This document shows, piece after piece, positions 60,491 to 64,000 of a stretch of 64,000 nucleotides of DNA (the first letter of the stretch is position 1; each line of letters opens with the position of its first letter). This stretch comes from Candidatus Bathyarchaeota archaeon (lineage in GTDB: Archaea > Thermoproteota > Bathyarchaeia > Bathyarchaeales > Bathycorpusculaceae). The translations under genes were made by a program, and so were the position numbers. Below the pieces are notes generated by a model. That model saw only the letters and a program-made list of their open reading frames with translations. It ran no database searches and was not told the origin of the DNA. The stretch covers positions 608,001-672,000 of the forward strand of contig CAWGZR010000005.1 in the NCBI GenBank assembly GCA_963827165.1. The letters are read 5' to 3'.

Positions 60491-62801
60491 ATGAAGAGAG
60501 TGTTAGCGGTATTCGTAGTCTTGGTCATCTGTATGTCCATGTTTGGAATGTTATCACCAAAAACAATGGCTCAAAGTCCACAACCAACAAGCGTCACGGT
60601 TTCCTGCTCACCAAACCCTGCTGAAGCAGATTCCCCTGTTACTATAACAGCTGTCGTCACCGGGCAAAACCCGACTGGAAGCATTACTTGGAGTTCAGAG
60701 ACTACAAGTATTTCGAATCAAGAGGGTGTTGAAGGCAGCTTCACTTCCAACGTAAGCTTGGTGTCGGCTAATGGTATTTCCACAACTACTTTCTACGATT
60801 CAATCTACGGTTCGGACCTTATAACTGCAACCTACAGCGGGGATTCATTTAATTCTCCAAGTGTCGGCACGAGCACTCTGACGTTGGTTCCTGAACCGAT
60901 GCCTCAGCTTAGCGTGGTTCTCTCAGGAACTCAGAGTACTTCGGCAATTCCCACCCAGCCGATTGGCTCCACCTTCAGTGTAGATGTACGAGCGGAAAAT
61001 CTAACGGGCATTAAGCCTGGAGTATGCGCCATCGGGTATGAATTAATCTGGAATCCTTCGGTTTTAAGTTTTACAAGTTACAGCGACAATAATTGGTTGC
61101 CTGATCAAATGAACCTCGACATCATAAGTTCGCAGTGGATTTCAATTGGCACCGCAATTATTAGTCAAATAGCTTTTGACACTAACAGCGCGTGGGCTTG
61201 CACTACGGTTAACGGTAGTGTAAGTGCTACGTTTAGGTTTCGTGTGATTTCTGGTGGCTCAAGCTCTATTGATCTTCGAGAAGAAGGCACAACGGGTTAC
61301 ATAGACTATCCAGCGCTAACGCTGACCGGTGTAGTGACGGGTATTAACATTGCTGCGAATACATCAAACGCGATTTATGGTACGTCTCAGGCGCTGTCCA
61401 ATAAATCGTCAGCTTATGTTTATTGTTCAGCAAACCCCGACTTGGCTGGGAGTCCGGTTACATGCAACGCCATTATTTATGGTGGAAACTCAGTTCCCGC
61501 AGGAACAATTACCTGGAGCACAAATAGCAGCACTGCTAGTTTCGGCTCAGTTCAAACTTCTTTGATTAACGGAATGTCAAAGACAAGTTTTGTCGATGCC
61601 AATATAGGTAACGATGAAATTACTGCTATCTATAGCGGAGACTCCAATAATTCAGCTTGTTCGGGAAACACTACTTTGTCCCTTTTCGTTGAATCCTTTT
61701 CTTCGATACCTCGGGTTAGCGTTGTGCTTTCTGGTACCCAAAACGTCTCCGACATTCCGCCATCGCCCATCGGTTCCTCTTTCAACGTAGATGTCAGAGT
61801 GGATAACCTTACTGGCATCAGCCCGGCGTAAATGGTATTTCATACGAATTGACGTGGGATCCTTCAGTGCTGAGCTTTGTAAGTTGTTTTGACAACAACT
61901 GGCTGCCTAGTCAATTTAACATCGACTTTACGAATCCGCAGTACGTATCAAAGGGAACTGCAACTATTGGCCAAGAAGCTTTTGTCCCTACTAATCCGTG
62001 GGCTTGCACCACATTTAGCGGTAGTGTCACTGCTACGTTTACGTTCCGCGTGATTTCTGGTGGCTCAAGCTCTATTAATCTTCAAACCCAAGAAGGGTTA
62101 ACTGGTTTCGTAGCATACCCAACGGTCGTTGAGACGGGTATTGTGGAATCCGTTTTAAAGGGGCCAACCTCCATTTCAAATGCTGTGTATGGGAAACCAG
62201 TTGCTGCCTGTGACAATGCCCTTGTCAAAGGTGGCTCTGCGTCGGTTATTGATTCTTCAGCGGGTATTACGGTAGATTTGAGCGGCAGTTCTGCTCCTGA
62301 CAACACAAATTTGGCCATCACTTCGACTAACTATGGAGTTGATCTTCCGGAGGGTATCAGCAAATTCGCAGTAGGCGATGGAATAGGATATTATGATGTG
62401 AAGGCGAGTTCAGATGTTTCTTTTGGCTCAGATGCTTCAGCTATATTTCTTTTTCCAATCCTGCCTTCACATCTAGCTGCTTTATCTCGTACTGGGACGG
62501 AAGTCAATGGGTCGAGTTAGCTACAACTTACACTGCGCCAAACACGGTTTCATGCAGTATTCCAGCAGCCGACCTATCTGGGACACCTTTTGCAGTAAGT
62601 GCATTTTCGCTTGTGGACTTTTATCGTACTGGCACCGTCGACTTTAACGATGTCCTCTACTTCGCTGCCGCATATATTCAATACCAACAAACTGGAGTTC
62701 TCAATCCTGCGTGCGACCTCAATCATGATAGCAAATTAGACTTCAACGACATACTGCTATTCGTCAGCGATTACCAAGCAGCAGCCCAAAGCAAAGGATA
62801 A
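60491..62801 (+). CDS. adaptor scaffoldin-like protein: Big-cohesin-Big-cohesin-beta domain-dockerin (frameshifts near 61822 and 62450)
   Basis: Three ORFs join by single indels (SPGVNGISYELTWD; SYWDGSQW..VDFYRTGTVDFND). Confidence 0.8.
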
Positions 62802-63233
62802 GTTAGTTGAGTGCAAGATATGATCATGCGGGTTTTGCGCCGCGCCCGAAAAAGCCAAGATTACAGACTGTATAGGGTAGGGCACTTCCAAGAACTACAT
62901 TTTTCGTAAACCAATGTTCCTCGTTCGTGCGGTATCCCAGTTCATTTATTAAACAGCTCACTTCCTCAAGACATGTGTGCGGTTTTGCCTTTTTCGTTCA
63001 CCTTGTAGGCATTGTTATTCAAATCCGGTTCGCGAATCAACACTCAGCAAGAGCTACTACCAAATATCCCCGAGACTGGCTTCTCAATCTTGCCCACCAC
63101 GTTGAATGTTAGATTCTCCGAACGACTAATTTTAGTAATTTACTTGAGATGAACTTGGCCGTGCATATCGAGACTTAAATTTGAGATGCCTTTTTAAACA
63201 TCAAAAAAGGCCGAATTATTCGTTATGCGCAAA

Positions 63234-63791
63234 TTAATTAGGCGCAACGTAAATTGGCAAATCTTTTTTCAGAACAATTTGCGCGTCAAACCTCGAGAAG
63301 AGAAAAAAAACCAAGATTACATCCACGCACAAATCGAAAACAGATGCTGGTGCTCCTAAAGATCCGAGAAAGAGGAACTGTACGAATTGAAAAAGGGCAG
63401 CCAAGGCGAATATTGCTAACGCTGTGACGCGAGCAAGCTTATGTCTAACCCAAAGCCCTAAACCAACGAGCAGAAGGTCTAAGCCAATAAGCCACGATAC
63501 TAAACCTGCGCTTGAAGCACTCACATTTGCGATGTCACCGATATAAAATGGGATTCCAGGAACCCAGCTGACAGCAGAAACCATTGATTGAGCCGCTTGG
63601 TTTGAGGTGCCCGCGCCGGTTAGCATCAGGTAAAGCCCACCTACGATCAAAACCATGCCAAACGTTATAACTAATTTGCTAACTAAATCCGTGATAAGTA
63701 TGCGGTCTGACAAATATTTTTTAAGTTTATTTATTTGATCAGTCAAAGGTGAAAAAAAGTTCTTTGCTTCTCCCAACATATGATCACACAA
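63234..63791 (-). CDS. 4-TM hypothetical membrane protein
   Basis: Hydrophobic helices; overlaps the stop of the upstream PhoU-domain gene; the true start may be 63779. Confidence 0.7.
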   Translation of the reverse strand: MCDHMLGEAKNFFSPLTDQINKLKKYLSDRILITDLVSKLVITFGMVLIVGGLYLMLTGAGTSNQAAQSMVSAVSWVPGIPFYIGDIANVSASSAGLVSWLIGLDLLLVGLGLWVRHKLARVTALAIFALAALFQFVQFLFLGSLGAPASVFDLCVDVILVFFLFSRFDAQIVLKKDLPIYVAPN

Positions 63792-63999
63792 GTATCGAAT
63801 CCACTGTCAAGTTTAGAACTATTTCGGCAATGTCGCAGGAATACTCAGCTGTCCTCCTTATGCTTTCGATTATTAGTCTTAAACTTGCAATATCTTCGAG
63901 GTCAATCTTGGCTGATGCAACCGCCTCCCTCTCCAATATGCCGACCTCCTTAATGCTCTCTATAATTGTCTCAGCTGAGTTGTAGTCTTGCCTGAAAAG
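63784..63999 (-). CDS. phoU: PhoU-domain phosphate regulator, C-terminal part (truncated by the window edge; absent from the ORF track)
   Basis: Manual translation gives LFRQDYNSAETIIES...LRLIIESIRRTAEYSCDIAEIVLNLTVDSILV*. Confidence 0.8.
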   Translation of the reverse strand, partial: LFRQDYNSAETIIESIKEVGILEREAVASAKIDLEDIASLRLIIESIRRTAEYSCDIAEIVLNLTVDSILV

Positions 64000-64000
64000 T

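Noticed and set aside
13803-62801. Calling the island a true cellulosome
   Set aside because: No recognisable cellulase/hemicellulase catalytic domain or CBM3; cargo is mostly binding or structural.
63749-63985. Plus-strand 78-aa ORF
   Set aside because: It is the antisense shadow of the PhoU-domain gene.

Overview
This window looks archaeal, probably Bathyarchaeia. That assignment is inferred from BRE/TATA-type promoters, oligo-T terminators, PEF-CTERM-like anchors, PQQ-repeat and dockerin-like proteins. Bases 1-12.6 kb hold a polyphosphate cluster: PPK1, PPK2, Ppx/GppA, a CYTH protein and two CHAD-metallophosphoesterase-HD fusions. Bases 13.8-62.8 kb are a ~49 kb island of secreted modular proteins. 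Thirteen genes carry a dockerin-like double Ca-loop module and eight genes carry ten cohesin-like domains, including membrane-anchored, adaptor-like and anchorless forms. The docked cargo includes PstS, a putative thioester-domain adhesin, a GH76-like domain, a PQQ-like propeller, a CBM-like domain, a BsuPI-like domain and Ig-repeat rods. pstC/pstA sit inside the island, and an unannotated PhoU-domain gene begins at the right edge. Many island genes share a bipartite palindromic promoter element with fixed spacing. The island also contains two PIG-V-like mannosyltransferases and an intact IS with TIRs and an 8-bp TSD. The best candidate for a new system is a co-regulated, non-cellulolytic archaeal cohesin-dockerin surface assembly linked to phosphate acquisition. 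Many genes are broken by indels, which may be assembly errors. All domain calls are from motif recognition by eye, not database searches.
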